A stretch of DNA of 64,000 nucleotides from Nemertoderma westbladi (Eukaryota > Animalia > Xenacoelomorpha), in contig JAUCBJ010003670.1 in the NCBI GenBank assembly GCA_032718475.1, positions 6,226 through 70,225 on the forward strand, written 5' to 3'. Shown piece by piece: positions 25,905 to 37,400 of the stretch (position 1 is the stretch's first letter; each line of letters starts with the position of its first letter). Below the pieces are notes generated by a model. The model was not told the origin of the DNA and ran no database searches. It was given only the letters and a program-made list of their open reading frames with translations. The position numbers were made by a program, and so were the translations under genes.

Positions 25905-26830
25905 ACTGTGTGACTAGCTGCGAGGTTGACTGCATCCCAGCAGCGTGGCTGACTGCGCACACATCTGATTGTAACTGGTTCACGATATTGTATACATTGG
26001 TTTAGTTTGTTACTGCAGGTACTGTTACATTAATACTGTGGTACCGGTACTGCAGTACAATGCTAATAGAAGGAAATCAGTATGCTCTATCTGACTATAC
26101 TGTTACAACAACAGTGAAAGTACTGCAGTACTGTATTGTTTGGCTAGGTGATCTAATCCCTACATGTGAGACCCATGCGTGCAATCCAGGTGATGACTGC
26201 AGTATGCTAATCAAGGTTCGGGTAGATTGCAGTATCCTTATAGGTGAAAAAAACAAATGCTATTGCATCAGATTACTGCTGTACTGATACCGGTAGACCG
26301 CGACTACAGTGTTGGAAGAGTAAAACACTACCGGTACTGATAAAGTGGATGACAGTTGTGGATAGGGGCTGCGAGGCTGGCTGTGAGGTTGACTACATCC
26401 CCACAGCGTGGCTGACTGCGCACACATCTGATTGTAACTGGCTCACGATATTGTATACATTGGTTTAGTTTGTTACTGCAGGTACTGTTACATTAACACT
26501 GTAGTACTGGTACTGCAGTATAATGCTAATAGAAGGAAATCAGTATGCTCTATCTGACTATACTGTTACAACAACAGTGAAAGTACTGCAGTACTGTATT
26601 GTTTGGCTAGGTGATCTAATCCCTATATGTGAGACCCATGCGTGCAATCCAGATCATGACTGCAGTATGCTAATCAAGGTTCGGGTAGACTGCAGTATCC
26701 TTATAGGTGAAAAAAAACAAATGCTATTACATCAGATTACTGCTGTACTGATACCGGTAGACCGCGACTACAGTGTTGGAAGAGTAAAACACTACCGGTA
26801 CTGATAAAGTGGATGACAGTTGTGGATAGG
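25905..26830. repeat. ~463-bp tandem duplication between convergent Polinton gene blocks
   Basis: Near-identical copies; the spurious ORFs at 26060 and 26523 are offset by 463 bp. Confidence 0.9.
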
Positions 26831-27174
26831 CCTATAATAAATATTGAATTTAACAGTACCGGTACCAACAGGTTAACCTTACATCCTATACAGATTATGT
26901 TGTATTTCTGACTAATATTACTAAAGTTATATGGATAGGTATAGGATGTTTCGCGATACCGGTACAACTATATTAGAATGCTATCGAGAATACTTACTGT
27001 ACATGTTACATCTACATCATATTGTTAAATGTGTATGTTAACCTAGCGCAATTGATTCTTTTTTAGAGAACTTGTTGTAAAAAATTATATTTTATTATAT
27101 TTTTATATTAACATCAAGACCATCACCAAAATAAATTATATTATATCCCATCACATTACAAGCTTAGAGTAAAC

Positions 27175-27747
27175 CTACTGTACATCATTCACCGCAGTTA
27201 TTTCTTTCTGTTTATCACCTGTCTCAGTTAATCGCTTCGTTACATACCCTCCAATCCTTTTCGCTGAGCAGTAATTCAAGCAGCTATCACCATCTTTGTG
27301 AAAACTACATTTATCTTCTACAGTAGTTAATTTATCGTGGAAGGGGCATGGAGTTAAATAATTGTAATATAGTCGAAATATTCCCAATTTGTTCATAGAT
27401 TTTGGAGCGTAAACATTAAGTTGGGTATTTAATATTGCGGCTTTCATCAACCCGAATACATATATATTATATTTATTTTTTAAATGTCTCTTCATGTACC
27501 TTTTAAAGTCATCTTGCGAAATGTCACCGTAATCCCAAGGTAAATGCGATGTAATATCGCGTAAATTGTTTACGTGGGCTTCATCTAATGTCGATAAGTT
27601 AATATCAGGAGGTCCTTTAATTAAAAACGTCTTTATATTAGTTTTACTGTATTTCGAATCGAATATAGCAAATTCTTTAAATACTACCGGATATTCCTTA
27701 TTGTCTATCTTATAATATTGAAAATCAACAAAAATAACATTATCCAT
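27175..27747 (-). CDS. DEDD/DnaQ-like exonuclease-fold accessory protein
   Basis: IFVDFQ...VFKEFAI...HLPWDYGD...IYVFG..K...CSFH...YCS pattern, recalled from Polinton and large DNA virus DEDD-like proteins. Confidence 0.6.
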   Translation of the reverse strand: MDNVIFVDFQYYKIDNKEYPVVFKEFAIFDSKYSKTNIKTFLIKGPPDINLSTLDEAHVNNLRDITSHLPWDYGDISQDDFKRYMKRHLKNKYNIYVFGLMKAAILNTQLNVYAPKSMNKLGIFRLYYNYLTPCPFHDKLTTVEDKCSFHKDGDSCLNYCSAKRIGGYVTKRLTETGDKQKEITAVNDVQ

Positions 27748-27791
27748 TTTATTGAATAATATATTTAGATAAACAAAAGTTAAATGATTAA

Positions 27792-28247
27792 TTACAACGC
27801 CTGTTGGTTTATTTTATAATAATTAACAAGCCATTTATATAATATTATTTCATTTATTTCCACATTATTTGTAAACGCTCTCATTGGATAGTTTGTGTGA
27901 ATTCGATTTACCAAGTAATAAAGACAGTATAACCCGCATGTGGTCCTTCTAGGGTCTTGAAATTGTTTGCGAGTAGTACACCACCTTGCTGAATTTTTCT
28001 CAAGCCATTTTTCAATACATCTGTTTGGATATTTTGGACCAAACGAATTAAATAATTCAGCTTCATTATCTCGTATATATATAGCCACCCAATGAACACC
28101 TGGTAGATGCGCTTTATCGGTATTTACTATTAACCCATAGTCTCTTCGCTTATTATTATTATCTAATTTAGGTAATTTATTAGATGGAAACACCCCCAAA
28201 TAGTGACCACCCACTGGAAACATATCAAGGTCCTCTGTAGATAACAT
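27792..28247 (-). CDS. Adenain-like cysteine protease (virion maturation)
   Basis: GVFPSNKLP, IVNTD...PGVHWVAI, FNSFG (normally FDSFG), Q...TCGLYCLYYL. Confidence 0.92.
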   Translation of the reverse strand: MLSTEDLDMFPVGGHYLGVFPSNKLPKLDNNNKRRDYGLIVNTDKAHLPGVHWVAIYIRDNEAELFNSFGPKYPNRCIEKWLEKNSARWCTTRKQFQDPRRTTCGLYCLYYLVNRIHTNYPMRAFTNNVEINEIILYKWLVNYYKINQQAL

Positions 28248-28249
28248 AC

Positions 28250-29512
28250 TTAATCGATATGTATTTCTTTCCTGCTATTTAAACTTAATGATTGATCATA
28301 AATATTAAAAACGATTACATTTATGGTCTCAACCAATGGTTCGGCAAATCTTAATTTTAATTGTCCGTTAGTATATATTGATGGTTGGGGATCCCTAACA
28401 TAGCCGTCGGCAGTTAGGTCCCAGGATATGAGTGGGCAATTACCTAAGTAGGTTTCATGGTCTATATTATTACCTCCATAACCGTTAATGTATGTATTAA
28501 TGTTCTTCATTAATCGAGTATACTCAAAAATGTATGTTCCATCTGTAAAATTAGGCTCGTATATTACACCACCTACTGGAAGACCATCGGAAGACCTCAG
28601 TTCCGCACGTCTAAGGTTAAAATGTTCAAATTTCAATGGGTTACTAGTTAATTCTCCCGAATATGAATTATTTGTTATAAAACCGATAATAACTAATTTG
28701 GGTTTTTTACCATCAAATATGTTTGTTTGGGTATAATTTGTGGTTTGAGCGGGAATAGTAAATGTAGTAACCTCTTTTTTTTGAAATTGATATTCAATAT
28801 CGTAGCTCTCTAAACCTTTTTGATGGCTGCTTTCTATTACTGGATTAACCTCCATTCTAGGGATTAGGATCTTTACTTCATCTAATTCTAGCCGAAGATT
28901 TGTCACAGCTTTGCGTTTGGAGTGATTTTAAAAATAAACGAATTTGATACTTTTCTAAAATGCATTCTTAAATCATACCCCGGTTGTATTATATTTTACT
29001 TTCAGTATCAAAATCAATCGTCAATCCGGTTACAAATTGCATTTGTTTACTAAAGGCATCGCCAATAGGATGCGCACCGGGATTAATTTCATTTCCGTGT
29101 TCGGATAAAGGCTGACGAAAGCCGCTTGCCCCCAGTAGCCCATTTTTGTTTTGTATGTTGTAAATAGTAAATTGGATAAGTACGACTTGTAGAAATAATG
29201 GTTATTGCTATTTTCAACCTGCTTCTCATTAAGGTCTATTTTAATATCACTCCACATAGTTCCAGAAGGGTAATTCAACATATAAATATGTGAGTTTTCA
29301 AGTCGTCTATCCCACCGTACAGTACATTTTGTAATTAATAATGCATCTTGCAGTTTCGTATAGAATTCATTGGATCTCGGTACAAGAAACGTGACTTCCC
29401 TAGACTTGCTTCTGAGATTAGATACTGTGTAAATTGTTACATAATGCTTTGCTTTAAATTCAGTCTGTATTGGCTGTGTAGAAAATAAATCTAATTCCTT
29501 AATAATTGACAT
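28250..29512 (-). pseudogene. Major capsid protein (double jelly-roll, hexon-like), disrupted
   Basis: N-terminal ELDLFSTQPIQT...NNHYFYKSYLSNLL and C-terminal PKLVIIGF...SNPLKFEHFNL...WDLTAD...LKLRFAEPL, split by a frameshift or deletion at ~28900-29100. Confidence 0.85.
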
Positions 29513-29514
29513 TA

Positions 29515-30078
29515 TTAAAAAATCATTTTTTCGCAGTGTTTCAGTTTGCCTTTTTTTATTTTTCTATTTTTACTACGACGATGATGTATGTTCATAGACA
29601 TTGGTCTAGTCGGTCGCTTTAAATCTCTATAAACTTTTTCTACAACTGATCTTGTTGATGGTTTCATTTTATTTAATGCTTTATTAATAACCGTATTAGC
29701 CTGCTGATGTAAGACCCGCTTACCTTTTGGTATTACGTGTTGTCTCATAAATTTTGTGGTAAATGGTAAAGCTTTTTGTAAAACTTTTTTTGCTAATGGC
29801 TTTCCAAATTTTTTCAATGTAGATAAAGCGTCTGTAAATATACCTTCTCCGTGTTGATTTGTCCGCATACCTCTGCGATAACGTTGAAATTGACGTTGTT
29901 TTAAGTTTGGACCAAATGCACCAATTTGTTGACCTTAAGGGTCAATATATGATCCACCTCGAAAAACAGGAACTTGCGTCGAGCCTCTCGTACTTCTACC
30001 ACCTTTAAAAACAGCAAGATTAGAGTCTGCACCACCATATTGAGGTTTACTGTATCTTTGAAATAAATCGGAATTCAT
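29515..30078 (-). pseudogene. Basic virion core protein with xGG/QxGxG protease-site motifs
   Basis: From ATG at ~30078: MNSDLFQRYSKPQYGGA...VFKGG...VFRGG...DP*GQQ...QHGEGIFTDALSTLKKFGKPLAKK. One in-frame TAA at ~29937. Arg/Lys-rich. Confidence 0.7.
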
Positions 30079-30079
30079 T

Positions 30080-30661
30080 TTAATTTATTTTTTTAAAGTG
30101 TAAGGTAATAGAAGTTGTACCGTGTTCAAAATTCAAATCTTTTCCTTCTTTGTCTGTTATTTCAATATGAATATATGTTATCTTATATGATTTTTTTACA
30201 GGGATATAATGAATTGTATCCTTGGCAAATTCTTTATTTATTACACTACCATATTTCACGTCATCAGGCATCGCCACACGACGAAGTAAAGCTAAACCAA
30301 AATCATTAATATATTCATTTTCAATTATATTAGTAGTCACGTACATGTTCGACTTAGGTTCTGGAATAGAATTGGGTGGTTGAGAACATAAAAATACCAT
30401 CTGGTAAGCTTTTTCTTCATTTCCGATAATCTTTATTAAATAACCCTTTATATTATTTTTCGTCTTCAAAATAATTTTAAAATTTGGATTTAAATTCGCA
30501 CCGAGATTATTTTCAGTAATTCCAAAATAATAGGCTAATTGTTGACCTATAAATAACTCTCGTACAGTTTTCCCTAAAATAAATTGCAACCTATTTTGCT
30601 GAGTATTTTCAACTATTTGCAATTTATCTTTCAACGCCCCAGTGTTAAAATAATCTATAAT
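30080..30661 (-). pseudogene. Minor capsid (penton) 1, C-terminal part
   Basis: MYVTTNIIE...LLRRV...YIPV...IEITDKEGKDLNF...TSITLHFK. Joins in frame to 44700-44969 once the insertion is removed. Confidence 0.85.
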
Positions 30662-31390
30662 CATGAATTCCATGAGAAAACGGACATGGCATGTCAATTA
30701 TCAAACCCCCCAATGTCTATTTTCAAATATGGGAGCTCTCAACTAATGTCCTGAAGTACTTAAAACAAGAAGAGTTTCGCCATGCCGACAATATGGCGCC
30801 GCTCGGCGCTTGTTTGAATACAAGCATATACTTACGGAAAATTTTTGTAATTTTGCGTGTGATTTTAGCCATTATTTGAAGGTAGGTAAATAGAGAATGC
30901 CACATTTTCCCTCAGATTTTGAAACCAATAATTGTAAGCTATCATGAGAGGCTGTGGTTGATTAAATATCAGCCACGCTTATGGTATTCTGTGCTCACAG
31001 GGATCAAAAAACCAAAGTATAAAAACGCAATTGCGAATTCTGAAATTCCGTAACGAAAAACATAGGAAACTTCTTACCTGTAGATGGATATTGGACATTG
31101 TGGGTTAAAAACAAGATTCCTCTTTCGGTTCATCAGTGTCAACCAGCCAGATGTTGTCCCGTAAATTATGATGCATGTAAAGCTGAGAAAAAGCCGTTAC
31201 GGAATTTCAAAATATCGTTACGGAATTTCGTTTTTGAAATTCCGTAACGAAATATCCTGTAGGCCTACGTCTGGTATCGCCCAACTACAGTATCACAAAT
31301 TACTTTCGGTTTCTGTAGTCCACACATGGTGTAGGCTACCTAATTAGGCAGTAGCTGCTGTACTTACAAAGTTCATTTACCGGTAGTAAA

Positions 31391-33453
31391 ATGGCAAAAA
31401 CGAACGCTCAAAGGCAGCGTGAGTACAGGGAACGTAGAATCGTTTCTTGAAACAAGAGAGTGAAAGGAAGGCAGCTAAACGAAAGTCGTTATCTCCACGT
31501 AGTTTAGACAAGTTGCGCAGGAGACAGAATACGAGTCTGCTGAATTGCCGCCGAAATAAGCTGACTGTATCTGCATCGACAGCGAAATCAGGCCATGCAG
31601 CTGGATATTCTACGTGCCAATCGCTAGGCAAAGCAGTTGCACGAGTGAAACGCACTTTACCAAACAGCCCGCGGAAAAGAAAGGCCGTGATACGGAAGTT
31701 AGCTCTGGACCAATCGTTGGTGAATGAACGGCCAGTAGTTGAAATTCATCGCCAACGTTTAAGTGATGAGGTCATCACCAAGGTTAAGCAGCATTACTTG
31801 TCGGATGAAATATCTCGACAGGCACCAGGCAAGGCAGATCAGATGTCTGTTTACGAAGATCGTGTAAAGGTTCGTAAACAAAAGCGACATATGGTAATGA
31901 CGCTGCGAGAGGCATATGAAGTCTATTTTGAACAGCCAAATGCTATGGACGACATTGGGTTTTCTAAATTTTGCATGTTGCGTCCAGCACATGTCCTGCT
32001 GTCATCGCAGTTGCCGCGCAATGTATGCACATGCATTTATCACCAGAACATCATCCGTTTAATGCAGGCACTGCATCGAGATATGCCAGATCAGTTTCCG
32101 TTGTATGGAGATGAATTTATCACTAAATGTGTTTGTGACGTGACCAATAATAAGTGCATGCATGGTCTGTGTAATATTTGCACAAATAAATTTGCTGCCT
32201 GCTACATTGATGATCTATCGCCAGCGACTACCAGTAAACCTTTCGTCTGGTGGGAATGGAAGAAAACCCTCCACGAGAACGGGATTGCAACGGCAATGCG
32301 ACTGAGTCAGCGGCGAGGGACTGTTGCAGATGGAATAGAGGCCCTTGAAGCGATGTTACCGAAGTTTTTGGCTCATCATTTCATGAAGCGGAACCAGAGT
32401 GACTATTATGAAACAACTAAGGCGGCTACAAAGGGCGAATCATCGGAAGATGCATTAATGCAACTCGACTTTGCTGAGAATTTCACCTGTAAATATCAGG
32501 ATGAGGTGCAATCGGCTCACTGGAATGCACAACAGGTAGGCATATTTACGGGCGTTGTGTTTGCAAAGGGATACAATACGGTTGTAGTATCTGACTCACG
32601 TGAACACGAAAAGAAGACTGTATCTGCGTGTGTTGTGAAGATCTTGGAACATTTAACGTTAGATGGACTTAAGACATTGCACATATGGAGCGATGGACCT
32701 AGTTCACAGTTTAAGAATAAGTATATAATGTCGCTTGTCGGATGTGTGTTACCACACCTGTTTCCTACGCTCACTATTACATGGGATTATTTTGCAACAT
32801 CGCATGGGAAGGGGCTATGTGATGCAGTTGGAGGTAGAGCAAAGGGAATGGTTCAGCGCGTGATTAACTCTCGGCGAATGATTGTCCAAGATGCTGAGTC
32901 ATTTGCCACTGCTCTGCGCTGTGTTGACAAGAACACCAATGTGATTGTAATCACAGAGGCAGAGATTGCTGATTGGTGTTCGGAAAACACAGCTGAGTTG
33001 TGGCAGCGAGTCGAGGCAGTTCCCAATTGTCTCTCAATCCATCATGTTGAACCGCTTTTAAACAATGAAGCGATTAGCATCCGCCGCTATGGCAATGATA
33101 CTACCACCAAGATCCACAGTTTCAGTAACATTCTTCCAAATGCAAAGGGACCCACCATACTCCACCCTGAAGAATCTGCCACAACTGTGGGGCTTAGTGA
33201 ATTCAAAGAGGGCGATTATGTTGTCGTCAAGCACGGCGATTACAGACCAGGTAAAATCGTCCAGATCTTAGGGGAATCTGCCAACGTCCTTGCAATGCAA
33301 AAGAGCGTTGGATATAGCTGGAAGTGGCCCGATGCTGCAACAAGTATATCCTGTAAACGGGGAGATATCGTCGTCGCCATTAAGGAACCAGCTGCTGTTA
33401 ATAGTCGGGGAATGTATCGAATCCCTGAACTGGACTACTACTATGGCTTCTAG
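31391..33453 (+). CDS. Sola2-type transposase with a C-terminal Tudor/KOW-like domain; 5' frameshift
   Basis: DFAENF..QDEVQSAHW, VVSD..EH, WSDGPSSQFKN, YFATSHGKGLCDAVGG. The likely ATG at 31391 (MAKTNAQRQREYRER) is out of frame with the 668-aa ORF at 31447. Confidence 0.82.
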
Positions 33454-33654
33454 TTTTCTAGTAAATTAACTCTGTTCTACTGTAGGCCTACTGTATAATG
33501 TTGACTATAATATATCTGTCTGTCTCTATTTTGGATTTTCACCTTTTGTAGTAAATGAATTCAGTTCAACTACCTATTGACTATTTGCCCCATGTCTCAC
33601 TGACTATACTTTCCAGAAGAAGTTCCGTAACGTTCAGCTTTGAAATTCCGTAAC

Positions 33655-34194
33655 TGTTAGCTTATTCAATCCCGCTAACACCCCATAAAGTTATAAGCCG
33701 ATAAGCAATATTGGGAGCCACGAGATTGGGTAATTAACCAATTCGTGCCATCCCAATAAGAATGGGAAGGAAGCACACAATGAGGGTCAGGGGCCAAACC
33801 CCTAACCCAGAGAGAACAGGTGGAGCGAACGGGAACACTCCAAAGGGCGCCAACAAGGGTATCAACCAATCAGAGGGGGGAAAGGCATCGATTAGGTAGA
33901 GTAACAAGGTCAACCGTGCAATATAGCCACTTGGCAGTAATCATATCAATTCAGTTATCTCAGTGCAATACTGGTGCTAGTTTATGTTACATAGTTTAGC
34001 TAGGGAAGGACCGGGACTTTAGTTACCGTATCCCGCCTTCCGTGTACAACAACCTATATCTATATCTTTATACCGATCATTATATACAACGAAGGACACG
34101 AACTCATTTACTCATTTTCATTTACTCTTCACACACGGCGGGGATGCATAAACTAACAACGGATAAACCGGGATCCCTCTTGGATCCCGTCACA
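33655..34194 (+). repeat. 5' LTR
   Basis: Direct repeat of 43866-44405, with roughly 8 substitutions counted by eye. Confidence 0.95.
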
Positions 34195-34401
34195 GTAACT
34201 AAATCGAGCTGCCGCCCTAGTTAAACTGTAAAGCTAACTAAACTCAGCGACCAATCTAGAGATAAAGAGAGATGAGTCAGTCGGGTGAGATAACACCGAC
34301 GCGGACCCCGGACGAAGAACAAACAATCCGCGAGGCCGCGACCAGGCGGTATAGGCCCACGACGCCGGAGCCATCGATAACGGGCGACCCGGAAGTTCAA
34401 G

Positions 34402-37400
34402 ATGAGGGGGACCGCCTGGAGTAAGAAGCCGAGTCGAGAGGAGGGGGAATCGAGTCGGAGGATAGAGAGAACGAGCTCGAGGGAGAAGGAGACGAGTCGA
34501 CACGGGACGGGGGTCAACGCACCGGTGTCGCCAGCCAGCCACAGGCCGAGGGCGACGAGCGGCCCACCGAAACGGCGACGGTGGGGCCGCCGGTACGACG
34601 TCGAACCCGGAGAGACGGACGAGAGGTCGGCGACGAGGACGTCGGGGTTTCTGAGCGACTTCGACGGGCCTACAACGCGACCCGGAGACTACTAGAGGAG
34701 GCCAGAAAGGGGAAAACGATAGACGAGGTAAAACTGAAGTCAGGACTAGGTAAGTCGGACAGACATTTATACTATCTAATGCGTTTCGGGCAGAGAGAAT
34801 TGGCCGAGGAGAGAGCGAGAAGGGTTGCCGAGGAACTGTATGACTCATGGCGGCATGGGGGTATACAACCTAGTGTAGTGTACATAGGGCCATATTTAAT
34901 CGATGCCCGGGGTATAAAATTAGTGGGTTGGAACAGACCTGAGGAGGGCGAATCCGAGGTTGACCCCGCGGATTCGGTCTCGTCGGTCGGAGGGAGTTCC
35001 GGGAGGAGGGGGAAAGTTAGTAGATCGGGAAGGCAGAGCGAGTCCGTCGTAACCGATAAGTCTGCTACATCCTCCGCGAAAGAAAGACTGGTGAGAGAGG
35101 CAGGTGCCGCGTACCGTCTCGACCTGATAGAGCAAGGTCAGAGGGAAATGGATAAACGGCTAGAGGAGGGGAGAATGCGACTAGAGAGGGAAGCGGAATT
35201 GATTAGAGAAACCGGAGAGAGGGCAGAAAGGGCTTTGAGAGGCCTTAGGGAGTGTGAGGAAACAGAGGAAAAGGAGTGTAGGGAGCGTGAGGCGAGAGAG
35301 GAAAGGGAACGCAAGGAGCGTGAGGCAAGGGAGGAAAGGGAACGCAAAGAGCGTGAGGCGGAACGCAAAGAGCGTGAGGCGGAACGCAAAGAGCGTGAGG
35401 CGGAACGCAAGGAGTATGAGGCGAGAGAGGAAAAGGAACGCAGAGAGCGTGAGGCGGAACGCAAGGAGCATGAGGCGAGAAAGGAAAGTGAACGTAAGGA
35501 GCGTGAAGCGAGGCGAAGGGAGAGTGCTAGGAGAGTAGCAGAGTTGGCTGAGCGGGACGCGCGGGAGTGTGAGAGGAGAGTGGCGGAAGCTGAGCGAGAG
35601 CAAGAGGAATTAAAGAGACGCCAAAGTGAGCTTGCGGAACATAGGATTAGACGCGCGCACGAGCTGCAACTGGTGCGGGCGGGGGCGTCTGAGAGCGGGA
35701 CTGGCTCGAGTATTCTAGGGGAGCCAGGCGGAAGAGAGGTCAGCGACGAGGACGTCAGGGTTTCTGATCGACTTCGACGGGCCTACAACGCGACCCAGAA
35801 ACTGCTAAAGGAGGCCAAAGAGGGGGCGAAGATAGACGAGGTGAGACTGAGGAGACGACTAGGTGAGTCTAATAAACACTTTAATTATCTAATGCGCTTC
35901 GGGCAAAGAGAACTGGCAAAGGAGAGAGCGAGAGGAGTTTCCGAGGAACTGTATGACTTGTGGCGGTGTAGGTGTATGGAACCTAGCGTAGTGTACGTAG
36001 GGCCATACTTAGTCGATGCCCGGGGACTAAAATTAGTGGGTTGGGAGAGACCTGAGGGGGGCGAATCCGAGGTTAACCCCAAGGATTCGGCCTCGTCGGT
36101 CAGAGGAAGTTCCGGGATGCGGGGGAAAGTCAGTAGGTCGGGAAGGCGGAGGGAGTCCGTCGTAACCGATAAGTCTGCTACATCCTCCGCGAAAGAAAGA
36201 CGGGTGAGAGAGATAGATGCCGCGTACGATCTCGACCTGATAGCGCAAGGTCAAAGGGAAATAGATAAACGGTTAGAGGAGGGAAGAATGCTGCTAGAGA
36301 GGGAAACGGCATTGATCAGAGAAACCGGAGAGAGGGCCGAAAGGGCCGTGAGAAGCCTTAGGGAGTGTGAGGAAATAGAGAGAAAGGAACAAGAGGAGCG
36401 TGTGGCGGAACGCAAGGAGCGTGAGGCGAGAAAGGAGGCGGAACGCAAGGAGCGTGAGGCGAGAGAGAAGGCGGAACGCAAGGAGCGTGAGGCGAGAGAG
36501 GAGGCGGAACGTAAGGAGCATGAGGCGAGAGAGGAAAAGGAACGCAAGGAGCGTGAGGCAAGGCGACGGGAGGGAGCTAGGAGAGTGGCAGAGTTGGCCG
36601 AACAGAGCGAACGGGAGTGTAGGGAGAGAATGGCAAGGGGGGAGTGTGAGCGAAAAGAATTAGAGAGACGCCAAAGTGAGCTTATGGAGCATAAGATTAG
36701 ACGCACGCGCGAGCTGCAACTGGTGCGGGAGGGGGCATCTGAAAGCGGGGCCGGCTCGAGTATTTTTGAGGAGCCGGGGGCCGTGGATACATTTATTAAT
36801 ACCCCACTTACAGGGACCGCACGACAGACCCAAAACTGGTGTGACCGTACGGGCGGGGGGGGGGGGGGTAATAATGATAATGGTACAGAAGACGTGGTTA
36901 ATATTAATAGTACCGTATGGGATAATTCTAATCAAACCTTTATTGCAGGAAATACTTTGCCTAGTGGTAGTAATTTAAATTTAAATCAGAACAATCCTAA
37001 TATTAATGTAGAAAATAATTCTAATATTAATGTAGCTACACAAAATAATCCAAATAATCAAAATAATAACCCAAATTCGAACCTACAAAATAATTTAAGT
37101 AACGCAATTACACAAAATAATCCAAATAATTTAAATAGTGATCCGAGTCCGAATTTACAAAATAATTCAGATAGTGTAGTCGCGCAAAGTAATTCAAATG
37201 ATTTTGTTTCGAACGAACAAATTGATTCCGTTTCCAATGTGGGTGCTATTAACGTGAACGCGTCGGGCGTGTATAGCCAGACAGACGGAGGCCTGGTAGG
37301 TCGTACAGTTGGTGGGCCGGAAGTAGCTGGGTTAGGTAGACCCAGCGAGGGCCTGGTAGGTCACGTAGTTGGTAGGCAGGGAGTGGCTGGGTTGAATAGA

